DNA of 64,000 nt from Selaginella moellendorffii (Eukaryota > Plantae > Lycopodiophyta): assembly GCF_000143415.4 (NCBI RefSeq), contig NW_003314287.1:394203-458202 (forward strand). Reading direction: 5' to 3'. Each line of letters starts with the position of its first letter. Within the stretch, counting starts at the first letter, position 1. The notes under the pieces were generated by a model. The model saw only the letters and a list, made by a program, of their open reading frames with translations, ran no database searches and was not told where the DNA came from. The position numbers and the translations under genes were made by a program. Shown in pieces: positions 25,414 through 37,343 of the stretch.

Positions 25414-25830
25414 ATGAATTATATATTGCTTCTTTTGTCAATTCTTTCTACTATAGTTTTTACACAAAGCTTAGAAGGTTTAAATGATTCATATTGTAAA
25501 GAGTTTGATTGGGAAAAACTTATGTTATGCATTTTGAATGAAATGATAGGTATTTATGGAGACAAAGTAAATATATTTATGTATAAAGAATCAAATAAGT
25601 TCAAAAGCTATCAAAATCCAGATCCAATATTTGATAATAGAGAATTTCATATTGATCTAGCAGATGGGTCTCGTGAAACTTATATGATTATAATTTTTAC
25701 TGGCCAAGCATTTTATATAGCTGATAATTGGTATGGATGGAATAATTGGTCATTTACAGGTTGTTTTCACCATCTTAAAGATTCAGATAGTGTAGAATTT
25801 TATGATTTTAAATCATTTTGCAATAGTTAA
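25414..25830 (+). CDS. Intronless 138-aa putative secreted protein, unknown function
   Basis: Intact ATG-TAA ORF with a signal-peptide-like N-terminus (MNYILLLLSILSTIVFTQS), 4 Cys and a TATA-like motif near 25367-25380. An uninterrupted 417-bp frame is unlikely by chance in such AT-rich DNA. Confidence 0.7.
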   Translation: MNYILLLLSILSTIVFTQSLEGLNDSYCKEFDWEKLMLCILNEMIGIYGDKVNIFMYKESNKFKSYQNPDPIFDNREFHIDLADGSRETYMIIIFTGQAFYIADNWYGWNNWSFTGCFHHLKDSDSVEFYDFKSFCNS

Positions 25831-25928
25831 CATTAACACTAATTATTTTTACCTATTACTTAAGATAAATTTATCTCTAAAACTAATTGATTACTAGTCA
25901 TTGAGTTTATAAATTAAAAAATTAGATA

Positions 25929-27530
25929 TGTGAGAGTATGGAATATAGAAATAGAATACAGAATATATATATATTAATTAACCGAAAAACCTTAGCTTAT
26001 ATACAGGAGCAAGTGGTTTAAATTGAAACGAATCTAACAGCTATCAAAATCCCACTACACTAATTTAGTGTATGACTATTAATATTAGTATATAGCATCA
26101 TAGCTATACACTTGGACCTCATATTATCCTCTCCTCTCAGAAGAATGTAAGGCAGTCAAGGTTCTCTAATTAATGGGCCGGGATCTGGAGGAATATCAGA
26201 AGAAGGCACAAGTGGATTTATAGGTGGTATTAGTTGTTTTTTATTCCTTTGTACAAAGCATTTCAACCATTACATATACACAATTTCTAGAGGATCAGCC
26301 TATTGCCAAACTTTATAAACTTTTAGCCCAACTTGTTACAACACCTGATATGGTCCCTTCCATTGAGTAAGGAGCCCCTTAGACAAACCATGTACAGTAA
26401 GATTGGGGAAAAAGATTAACACCAAGTCATCCATTTTATACTCTGTAAATGGACAATGATGAGAGTTGTAGTGCCGTTGTTATCCCACTTGTAAGCAACC
26501 TAAGTGTTCAGTAGACTTTGCTCAGACAAGTGGAAGAATGCTTGTTAAATACTGATCCCAAAATGTAGTAATGGTAGCTTGTGGCAATCACTAAAGTAAA
26601 CTTTAATTCTAAAATAAACAGCATCGCTAAGAACTTGTACAAACTAAATGATGTACGAAAAGTAATCTTGGGAATATCCTCCTTAGCCATCGGCACTTGC
26701 TAGTACCTAGAAGCAAGATTTAACTTGGTGAACTAACGATTCTTCCCCAGACAATCTAGGAGATCAGTAGTATGAGGAAGAAGGTACACATCTAGGATAG
26801 TCACTTTAATTAATGAATGATAGTTGATGTATCAATGAATACTCCTATCAAACTTCGTCACAAGATAAAGTTTATATGCCCAAATACTCTAAGACTTTTA
26901 GACAACACCCTTTTCCAACATCTCTTTGACATTTGCATGTAAAATTTTGATCTTCTTTGGTGACGGACGACGAGCAAGAACTTTGATTGGACAAGCATCC
27001 CCAGTTGAAATAAGATAACATGTTGCAATATTAGCCTTAGATAACAGGTCAAATTCGAAGAGATCATCATACTCCTTCATAAGCTAGTCAACTTCTGCAA
27101 CATAAAGACCATCAAAGGGATCTGAAAAGGTAATAAAGGAACAAAACAGAAACATAGGAGGAAGTAATAACAAGACAAAAGTGATGGAAACAGAGGTAGA
27201 AGTAGAAGTATGAGAGAAATAGAAATGAAAGGAATGGAAAAAATATAAAAAAATATGAGACAAAAGGGAGAAGCCTGAAAGTTACATTTGGCATGATTGT
27301 GCCACAACCTATCTATATTAAGGATGAGGTCAAAAACTTGACTTGGTACCACTTGTAACAACTAAAGCTCAAGCTCGAGATCGCCCACACACATAATTAA
27401 GTCTACCTCATCCCATACACATGCGTGTGTATAGCCATTACCATAAAGAATGAAAACAAACTCTGCTACATGATGCAAATGTAAATGGCAATTTATGGCT
27501 ATAGGTCGAGCAATATAAGACAAACTCAAG
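25929..27530 (-). mobile_element. Gypsy family A, internally deleted copy (LTR 25929-26123, integrase 3' end joined to RT near 26612)
   Basis: Reverse-complement similarity to 21250-22130 and 24070-24570; RT remnant PMAKEDIPKITFRTSF. Confidence 0.85.
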
Positions 27531-27536
27531 CATACT

Positions 27537-29480
27537 TGTTAAGGCATGACCATTTAGAGAGTGAGGGAATATTCTAATCCTTAGAATATTCCCCATCTTA
27601 CTTGTATAAAACCCGTGCCCCACAAGGGCAAGGGCAATGGCAATGGCGGGGGGGCGGGGGGGGGGGGCATTTGTGAAAAGCATTGGAGCATTTCTTGTTT
27701 GAAAGAGTGTTGGGGGAGGCACCCCTCCCCCCAATAAATGGTGAACTTGATGTGACTGCGCATCACTTTCTATGACATAATTTCTCTCTTTTCCTTTCAG
27801 TCGCAAAGTTTGAGGAGTGATTTCTTATTCATCTTGCATCTGTTTTACTTGATCTTAGGTGCGTTGGATAGGTCTTGAGCTTCTCTTTTTGGCAAGGTAT
27901 GGCACTCATCAAGCCATGTAGTATTTGAGGAGATATAACATTCCTTAGCTCGGTTTGGTGAACATTTTGGGGTTTTCACTTTCTCGCTTGGATTTAATTT
28001 CTCAAAGAAATGCATTTGGATTTGTAGATTTGGCCTAGATCTATAAGATGTGGTGATTCTTGGTGCTAGATTTGGGTGAATTCATGGCATGCAAAAGGAT
28101 TTTCTTCTCCGGTGTCGCAAATGTGACTTCGGGTATCGAAAGTTACCTGTCGGCTAGTCCTTTTGGATATTCTTTCCTTACTGCCACGATGGCAGGAGGT
28201 CGGTATTGCTGGACCCATTATCAGTTTCCCACTTGAGCTAGTTGAGAAACTGGTCAATGACCATGCACTTAGATTGGATAAACATAAGGTAGGAACCCTA
28301 TGTGTTTCTTGCTGAGCATACTCGGCCTAGTTTGAGAAACTAGTGTCATTGGCTTGCACTTGCTAGTATCAAGAACCCCCACAATATTGAGATTGGTCCC
28401 TCAATATTCGCTAAATGATAGTTTATTGTATTTGCCAAACATCCTCACTATCATGCCCTTTGTGTTAGTCTCATTTCGGTCCCAAATGCTATTTATGGAA
28501 AGTGTCCAGATTCGCTCATTTGGCATATCTACAGAATGTAGAGATCGGCCTGAACGCAATAGTGTTCGTCCTATGTCCAAATTCGCAATCTAGCGCCATT
28601 CCATATTTAATAAGTTTCGAGTTTGTCCTAGAGATTAACTCTTGATACTAAGGGAGGCTTGGGGTGAAAGCCTAAAGCGTGAGGGGGGGGGGGGGGGGGG
28701 GCCCTTTTGGGGGGTTCCAAATGTATAGTAGGGATAGGGGGTAGGTCGGGCATATTCAACCAACCTGAGGCAAAGTTTAGCCCCCGCTTGGGGGCTTGTC
28801 CTTGTTCTGCGCCCGGCTTGGGTCTAAGCCCAAGCTCCCCACCATGCTAGCTGGGGGAGTACCCATGTCCCCGGGTTAGGCCCCCGGTATGCCAAAAAAG
28901 CCCTAAACTCTGTTTGGCCCTGTTTTGCATGCTGGTTCTGGCATTGGGATGCTGGATACTCTAGGATTGTTCTAAGTGGCTCCGGGGTCCCATCCCTTCG
29001 CTCCTTGGGCTGTATGCCCGGGAGTTGCTCCGGGGACCGGTTCCATCACTCCTTGGCTTCATGCTTGGGAATTTGGCACCGTTCCTTCGTTCAGGGGCCC
29101 AAGGCCCTGAACCTCAGGTTCCACACCACTATCCTTTGGACACGTGGCATATGACACGGGGCATGGGTCACGGGGCAAAAAGAGGGTTTAAATTCCGCTT
29201 CGGGGGGTTATCCTATGGGAAATCCCCATAGGATAAAGGGTCAAAACCACGTGCGCTACATCCGATTAGATAGGGGCATCTTTGTAGCAGGAATTTGTGC
29301 TTCTTTGGGCTTTGTTTTGGATGCCGTTTGTTTTTGGAGGTGCTCTTAATCCTAGGCTTTCTGAGAATACCAATGGCACCTTGGTATCAATCTAGATTGG
29401 TGACTTTCCCACAATATTGGTGTTTTGGGCTATTTTTTCTTGGATTTCGTAGGATATTGAGGCATTTTCTTCACAAATTC
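27537..29480 (+). mobile_element. Gypsy family C 5' LTR, PBS and leader fragment, interrupted by a solo LTR
   Basis: LTR tgttaaggc...cccccaata matches the reverse complement of 32266-32451. PBS tggtgaacttgatgtg. Leader matches the reverse complement of ~36530-37170. Confidence 0.8.
28113..29260 (-). mobile_element. Solo LTR, family B
   Basis: Reverse complement of 3392-4538; 5-bp TSD tccgg/tccga; the corresponding empty site is visible in the paralogous leader near 36760-36790. Confidence 0.9.
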
Positions 29481-31531
29481 TTGCAATAGAGGGTAGATGG
29501 GGCTGAGCTCTTTCTAATGAGCCTATTTACAGTCAAAATGGTGAAGGATCGAGACCAAGGTACTCATTTTTCTCTTTTGGGCTAAACTTTGGTGAGAGTT
29601 TCTTTGGAAAGAAGCAACCTTTACAATGGAAAGTCTAAACACAAAGATGCTTCTGGAAAACGACGAGTCGTGCAAGTAGTGAAGGGTCCTTATGCAAATA
29701 ACTTAGTGACCCCTCTATCCTTCTTTCGGAGTATCATTAATAGGGTTTACTTGGCACTAGTTCATCCAATCTTTACTTTCCAAGCTTATTTGATAACAAA
29801 AGGTTTTCTATTATTCTCCCCATGTTGACTGATACGGAGAAAAGTGAGCGGGGCAAATATAGTGACAAATGTGTAGTGAATTTAGGAATGAGCAGAGGAT
29901 ATGCACAATAACATATCCCATAGTATATATATAGGAGTATATTCTAGGGTTTGTCATAGTTGAAACATAATGGAGTGAGAGCACTTGGAGAGAGTGCACA
30001 TTTTGGTACACTAGACAGGGTATAGATGTCTTCTAAACATGCTTGACTTATAGATCTAGGGAGAATAGAGAGAAGATGAAGATTTCTCTCTTTTCTTTTG
30101 CTATGAAGATTTCTTGTTTCTTGACCATGTCCTTCTTAGAGCTATGCTGCTGCGGTGGGAGAGGAATTAGAAAGTGATTTTACTGTCCTTCTCTTCCTTG
30201 GGTCCAGGGCTTTCTTGGGAGTCTAAGCACACTCAAATTGAAGTAAGGAGTGGGGAGATTTGGTCATTTTTTTGTGTTGCAGCTTCTTGCTCAACACCAC
30301 TAAATTTGGGAGTCTAGATCTCAAGATTTGTTCAACCTTTTTGAATTCCGTAAAGTGGATTTGGAGTGGCATTTTCTAAGCTTTCCTAGGATGGGTTTCT
30401 TGCTGGAATCAGAGATCATTTCAACCACCAAATAATCAAGTTTCTAAAGGTGATATTTTAAGGTTCTTGCCTCATCCAAACTCTAGCTCTTCTCCACGGT
30501 TTTGGATTTTGGATTCAAGTCTTCCACTAGCTTAGGGTACTAGAGCATGGTCTATGGTTTCATATGAGGAGTTTTATCATATCCTTGATTGCTCACATTG
30601 TAGGCCTTGTCAACCGGTTATTCATCACCTGGATCTTTTACCACTTGATGATCCAGGTCCAATGCATGTGATTCTTGAGGAGTTAGGATAAGATCAAATG
30701 CAGCAAATGCCTCCCCATCCTGCTATAGCAATTGACTTATATAGTATCACGATATTGCCAAAGTTCCAAGGAGATAGTCGAGAAGATGCCCGAGTCCATG
30801 TTAACTAGACAAAGAGAATTCCTCACCAACCGAACTACCACCAACAAAATCAATAATATGATCCACCACCCAGAGCATACCTTATCTCATTGAAGTTAAT
30901 CTCAATTGAGTCATCTTGAAGAATAGTACACACTGCACTACAAATCCTGGTACTCAAGAAAACAACCTTTAAGGCAAATTCCCAAGTCAAGAAAACTCAA
31001 CACCCATTAACATACCAACCAACATCAAGAAGCAACAAGATTGACCAGGAATCAAACTTGAATAACTCCAATTGATTTATCAACAAATCAATCTTGAAGA
31101 AGACCCAGCACTTTGACAAGAAGGAACTCAACTCACATTAATACTCAACCTCAAAGAGCCAACTGAAAAAATCAACTTAGGAACTGAAGATAAACCAAAG
31201 AAACTCTACATCACTAATGACTTTAAAATAAAAACAATGAATCTTCTTAATAGGTATAAAGATTTTTTATTTGGTTATATACAAATTTGCGAGGAATTGA
31301 GATCTACATACACCAAATTGAGCTTCTACCTCAAAATACACCAAGAAAGCAAGTAGACTATCAAATGAACCCTAATATGCAAGCAAAAGTTAAAGAAGAA
31401 CTTGACAAGCTTAAGAATGTTGGCTTCATCTACCCAATTCAAAACCTAGAATGGCTATCACCACTTGTTATTGTCCCTAAGAAAAGTGGCAAACTTAGAG
31501 TCTTCGTCAACTACAAAAAACTTAACAATAC

Positions 31532-32230
31532 TATAGCGCATGTGATCATGGGATGAAATTTGGATATACTGTCACCGTGGATCCTTGGAACCTTGGGGGA
31601 TAAATGGGGATAAAATAGCCACTAAGGGCTCTCTTATTAAACAATTGCCCCTTTTCTAGTTGGCTTAAGGGGAGAGAGATAAGGTGTGCTACAGTTGGTA
31701 TCAGAGAAAATGGCACGGGTTCGATTCCCATTGATTAGTGGCTACTTAAAAGTATAATATACCCTTGAGCAAGGTATATTCCTACCCCTAAATTTGAAAT
31801 CGTACGTATTGGGCATCCATGCGTACGTCCTTCCTCTTGTGTGGAGTATCCATGGACGAAGGTATCCACCATGGGACTGCGGTACGGGTGGATGACTAGT
31901 TGCCTCACATAGAATAGCTAGTCTACACAATGGAAGGATTGGTAGATTGAGTGCAGAAATGGAGGTGCTGGTTCCTTGCGGAAATGGAGGTGCTGGTTCC
32001 CCTTGGCTCAGTAGGGGTTGCTAGTCAATAGTCAATGAGAACATTGACATCTCTGAAGGGGGGGTGAGTGTAGCGTATGTGATCATGGGATGAGATTTGG
32101 ATATACTGTCACCGTGGATCCTTGGAACCTTGGGGGATAAATGGGGATAAAATAGCCACTAAGGGCTCTCTCATCAAGCAATTGCCCCTTTTCCAGTTGG
32201 CTTAAGGGGAGAGAGATAAAGTGCGCTACA
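31532..32230 (+). mobile_element. TRIM copy 2 with perfect 5-bp TSD AATAC
   Basis: LTRs 31532-31693 and 32069-32230; PBS tggtatcagag; PPT; internal ~24-bp tandem duplication near 31952-32000. Confidence 0.95.
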
Positions 32231-32265
32231 AATACAACCCAAAAAGATACCTTCCCAATTCCATT

Positions 32266-35200
32266 TGTTAGGGGAAGGAGGGGCACCTCCCCAACGCTCA
32301 CTCAAACACGAAAAATGCTTCAATGCTCTCCACAAATGCCCCCTGTTTGCCCTTGTAGGGCAAGGGTTTTATACAAGGAAGATGGGGAATATTTTAAGGA
32401 CCAAAATATTCCCTCTCTCTCTCTCTCTCACTCAATGGCTACGCCCTAACATGCGACCACGGTTGATCATGTTGGCTCTAGACGTGAAAGAACCCTCCGA
32501 AGAGTGTAGAGTGTACCGTTGTTACTAATGCCAAGTGCTGGTAACCGCGTGAAATAGTAGAAACTCTAGAAAACAAAGTGGAAAAGGAAAGAAAAGAGGT
32601 AAGTGCGAAGTTTGAAGACAGGGAAGAAAACCTGGTGGGAAACCCTGTAGTCACACTGGACCCTAAAGTGAAAAAAAAGTGCAAAAAAAGTGTGAAAAGA
32701 GGAGAAAAATAGAAGAAAAGAAAAAAAAAAAAAAAAAAGGAAGAAAAGTGAGTACCCAAAGAACCTAACCTGTACCTGGATTTTGAGTATAATATGCAAG
32801 TGATGACTTCAGGTATGCTCCAAGGATTGGCCAAATTCGAGAAAGAAAGAGAGGTAGAAGAGGGGATGCATTGCCCAAGGTGGTAAGTGTGGAAATGATA
32901 AAAGATGAAGTGATATGGTGGAGCGATGAAATGGTGGTGGCACTCTAAGAAGGTGGCCATCTCTGAAAGTGTCAGGCCAATGGTTTGATGTGTTGGACCG
33001 AAGAAGACAATAGCTGAAAAGGATGGCATAGTCACTAGGTTGTCGGTAAAGAGAGGTGGCATGTGTCCATTGAGTGCTAGATTAGAAAAAAGTGGCTTTG
33101 GCTTCTGTGGCCTTGCCTAAAAATCCACCTAGGTGCCTTGAGTGAACAGGTTCACCCAGTTGGAAGAAAGTCACTCCAGAAAAGCTAGTGCATCGTCGGC
33201 AAATGGTCGTAATGATATCTCAAAAACGGCATGTCCAAATAAGGTGGTGTCTTCTGCTCCTGGTGCATGTATGAGTGTCTGTGGTATGGTGTAAATATGA
33301 CCTCAAATGGAGATGTGAATGATGGTGAAAGAATGAAAGATGCAAGATAGGCATCTAGAGGTAAGTGCGAGCAATGCTGCTGGAAGTGATTGGTGATAAA
33401 ACTGTGAGTGTAGATGATATGGAATGGGTGTGGGGAATGTATGGGGTGTATTAATGGTAAGGGAGGGACAAAGAACTTAGAACAGAGATTGAGCCAAGTG
33501 AGGAACCTCCATACAAATGGCAATGCAGTCTAAGCACGAAATTCAAGGCACGAGCCATAGTCCAATGGAAAAACACCCTCTGAAAGTAAGAAAAGGAGCC
33601 ATGAAAGTAAAATGAAAGAAAGGAAGAAAAAGAAAAAGAAGAGAAGAGGAATGCCTCATCGGATGAAGCATTTGAGGTGAGAGTGGTTGTGAGCGTGTGG
33701 GAGCTCACGTCCATCAGCATCGACTAGCACATATGCTCCACCTCCGATGTGTTGCTGGACAAAGTAGGGCTGGTCCAGCGAGGGGAGAACTTCGAAGGTG
33801 GTGTAAACTCTTTAAGTAGAACAAGATCGCCATCTTTGAATGGTTCGGCAGACTGCTAGTGATCAATGACTGACTTGATCTTCTACTTGCCTCGAAGGAG
33901 ATGTTCAATTGTGGATCATTGCTGTTCTTCTAAGGCAAGAACCTCCAAGTCACGTGCATGAAATTTATCCTCATCACTAAGCTGCATTGCTGTTGCATAT
34001 CAAAGTGAAAGTGAGAGTGATGGCACCTAGATCTCCACTAGAAGCATGGCCTCTTTCCCATAGACAAGGGAGAATGGGGTTGCGGAGATGGATGTCTTGA
34101 AGGACGTCTAAAAGGCCCACAACGTCGTAACCAAGTGTTTGTGCCAACGCCTTGGGTTATTCTCCACAAACTTTGAGATGATTGTCTTCAATATCTTGTT
34201 GTTGGACTCGGCCTAGCCATTGCACTTAAGATAATAGTTGTTGCTCTTCACGTGCTTGACCTGCAGCCGTTGGAGAAGATGCTGCATCACCTCTCCAAAG
34301 AAGCTATTGCCACGATCGGAAATCAAAATGGCAGGAACTCTGAATCAGCAAATAATGTACTCGTAGACAAACTTTGCTATAGACTGTTGATCTTCTTGTC
34401 ATAGAGGGGTGGCCTCAACCCATTTTTTGAAATAGTCCATTGCCACAATGACGTATCACTGTCCTTTTGAGCTCGGTGGGTTGATCGGGCCAATGAAGTC
34501 AAGTCCCCACTAGAAAAAGGGACCCGAAGAAGTGATGAGCTGGAAAGGAAGATATGGAACATGGCTCCAGGGGTTGAACCATTGGCACTGCTCACATGCC
34601 TTTGCATAGGCCAAGCTGTCCTGCCAAAAGTAGCCATGGTGCAAGAGGAGCTGTGTTGTGACCTGTCCCAAAAAATGCCCCGCACAAGAGTGGAAAGCAT
34701 GAAGGAGCTCAGGGACCTCATGTTCACCCACACACCGCAACAAAACTTCCTGCAAGGTCCTTCTGTAAAGGTGTTTGTTGAGAAGGGAAAACCCCTATGC
34801 TCAGATCTCCAATGCCTTTTGTTGCGCTGGTGAGGAATCTACTGGGAATTGACCAAAATCCAGGTACATTACAATGTCCTATAATGCTACTGGGACTACA
34901 AAGGAAGTAGCTTCAACAACCAGAAACCTGCTCGGATCCATCACACGCTTCTAACGCATGTGAAAAGTTGGCTGGAACTCTTGGATGGTCACAATCCAAG
35001 ATAAAGTGCAAGGACTATGAACCGGTCGCTGTCAAAGAAAGGTCAACACATTAAAATAGATATGGAAATGGATACAAGCTCCAGCGAGAAAGTGACGAAA
35101 TCACTCCAAGGTGTAAATAACAACCACTACTTCTTTTTCCGCATCTACGTACTTCTTCTCAGTCTCCTTGAATGAAATGTATAGCCGGAGGTGTATGCCC

Positions 35201-37343
35201 AATAGCGACGGGCTTTGGTGTGGACGGGCGAATAGCTGCTCAAGGTGACGGGGTGATGGCTTGGTCGAAATCAACTTTAGCAATCCCCAGGTCGACAAGA
35301 AGCTCTCTTTTTAGCTTCATGGCAAACAAAAATGCCTCGCGGCAAGACCTGAATGTCTTCTTAAGAAGTTTCTGTTGCAAGTTCCCACGCAGACCCACTA
35401 TGAATGCCATGATCCTCTATTGTTCATCTTGGATCACTCTGCGATCCCAACACTGCTTCCAGTATGCTCGAAACCGGGTGATATAGTTAGGAATAGACTC
35501 GTGAGCACCCTGCCGGAGTGAAAAGAGGTTGACAAGTAGCCAATTTGTGGGTTTTTATTCAATGAAACATTCTCGGAAAGAAGAAAGTAGTGTCTAGAAG
35601 TCTGTCCTGTCCTTTGGGAGGAGAGAATTTGCCCAAGTTGTTGCTTTGCCTTCGAGAGACTGCAAGAAGTCACGACACATATGATCATTTTCAACGATCA
35701 TGTTTGTGGTGTAGTAGTAATCAAAGCGACTAATATGTGATGTTGGGGAGAATGTTCTAACATCTGAGAAAGTCAGGAGATCACTCCCCTTCTGCAAAAC
35801 ATGGAGTTGAGGTCGAGCTAAAGGTGGCTGCACCAGAGCTCGTAGATCTAAGTCACTGGAATTTGCCGAGGATGAAAAGGACTCGGCCCGAGAAGGTGCT
35901 ATGTGGTACCTAAGCTACCTTTGGATGTTAGAAAGTTTACTCCATACCTTAGGGCCTTGAGGTATGGTAAAAGGGTGCCAATTTGTCACACTCTAGTTTG
36001 TACCGGCATCAAATACCCTGAACACTACAAATGCCTGGTCAAGGGAACTGGGTTGACAAGAGCAAGAAGACTGTAGACTTGTGCTCAAGCTGCTCAAAGT
36101 TGCCTAAAATGCCTGTGATGAAGAGAAATAAGGGTGAAAATGGAAGGAGATGTAGGCCTCAAGCACATATAACTGTTGACCCGTAGAGTAACCGCTGACC
36201 TTTTGTAGTAGCTGGTAACCGGTAACCCATAACTAGTAACCAATAACTGGGGACCTATAACCTGCAACCCCTTGCTCTTGCTCCTACTCCTGCGCCTACT
36301 CCAGCACCGACTCCTACCTCTGTGCCTCTTCCTACTCTTGTGCCAACTTCTGTTCCTGCTCTTTTACTGTTTCTATGCCTACTCCTGCTCCCTGAAGATG
36401 GCTTCGTTCCCAAGGAACTCCCAACCAAGTTTAGCCTAAAAGAGAAAAATGAGTCCTTTGGTCTCAATCCTTCCCCATTTTGACTGTTGGTGGGCTCATT
36501 GGAAAGGGCTCAGCCTGTCTACCCTTTATCGCAAGAATTTGTGAAGAAGCTGCCTCAATATTCCCTGAAATATAAGAAGAGTTAACCCAAAACACCAATA
36601 TTGTAGAAAAACATGTGCATGTCACTGATGTAGATTAATACTAAGGCACCGTTGGTATTGTCAAAAAGCCTAGGACTAGGAGCACCTCTAGAAACAAACA
36701 ACATTCAAAAGAAAGCCCAGAGAAGCATGGATTCCTACTACAAAGAAGAAAATCTACCCAATCTAGCCGAAGAAGAAAATCCTTTTACATGCTGTCAATT
36801 TGCCCAAATCTAGCACCAAGAATCACCACTACTTGTAGATCTAGGCCAGATCTACAAGCCCAAATGCACTACTTTGAGAAATTAGGTTGAGGATCTAGGC
36901 GAGAAAGTGAAAACCCTAAAATGTTCATTCAATTGAGCCAAGAAACGTTGTATCTCTTCAAATACTACATGGCTTGATGAGCGCTATACCTTGCTAGAAA
37001 GAGGAGTTATACCTTGTTGGAAAGAGGAGCTCCAAACCTATCCAACACGCCTAAGATCAAACAAAACCACCGCGAGACAAATAAGAAATTGCTTCCCAAA
37101 GTCTACAGCCAAAAGAAAAAGAGAGAAATGATACCTCAGAAAGTGTTGCACGGTCACATTAGATTCACCATTTGTTGGGGGAAGGAGGGGCACCTCCCCA
37201 AGACTTGCTCAAGCACGAAAAATGCTTCAATGCTCTCCACAAATGCCCCCCCTTTGCCCATGTGGGGCAAGGGTTTTATACAAGGAAGATCAGGAATATT
37301 TTGACCAGAATATTCCTGATCTTCCTTGCATAAAACCCTAACA
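32266..37343 (-). mobile_element. Gypsy family C element with both LTRs (32266-32451; 37172-37343), decayed gag/RNase H/integrase
   Basis: TG...CA ends and apparent 4-bp TSD catt. PBS tggtgaatctaatgtg (tRNA-Trp-like). Integrase remnants (GLDFIGPINPPS, LISDRGNSF); gag ENDHMCRDFLQSLEGKATTW. Confidence 0.85.

Noticed and set aside
31661-31735. tRNA gene at the A/B boxes
   Set aside because: No acceptor stem or anticodon arm; the LTR end and PBS occupy that space.
32478-33062. Phe-rich membrane-like ORFs (also 1704-2057, 21411-21674, 27077-27361)
   Set aside because: Low-complexity pyrimidine tracts within retroelements.
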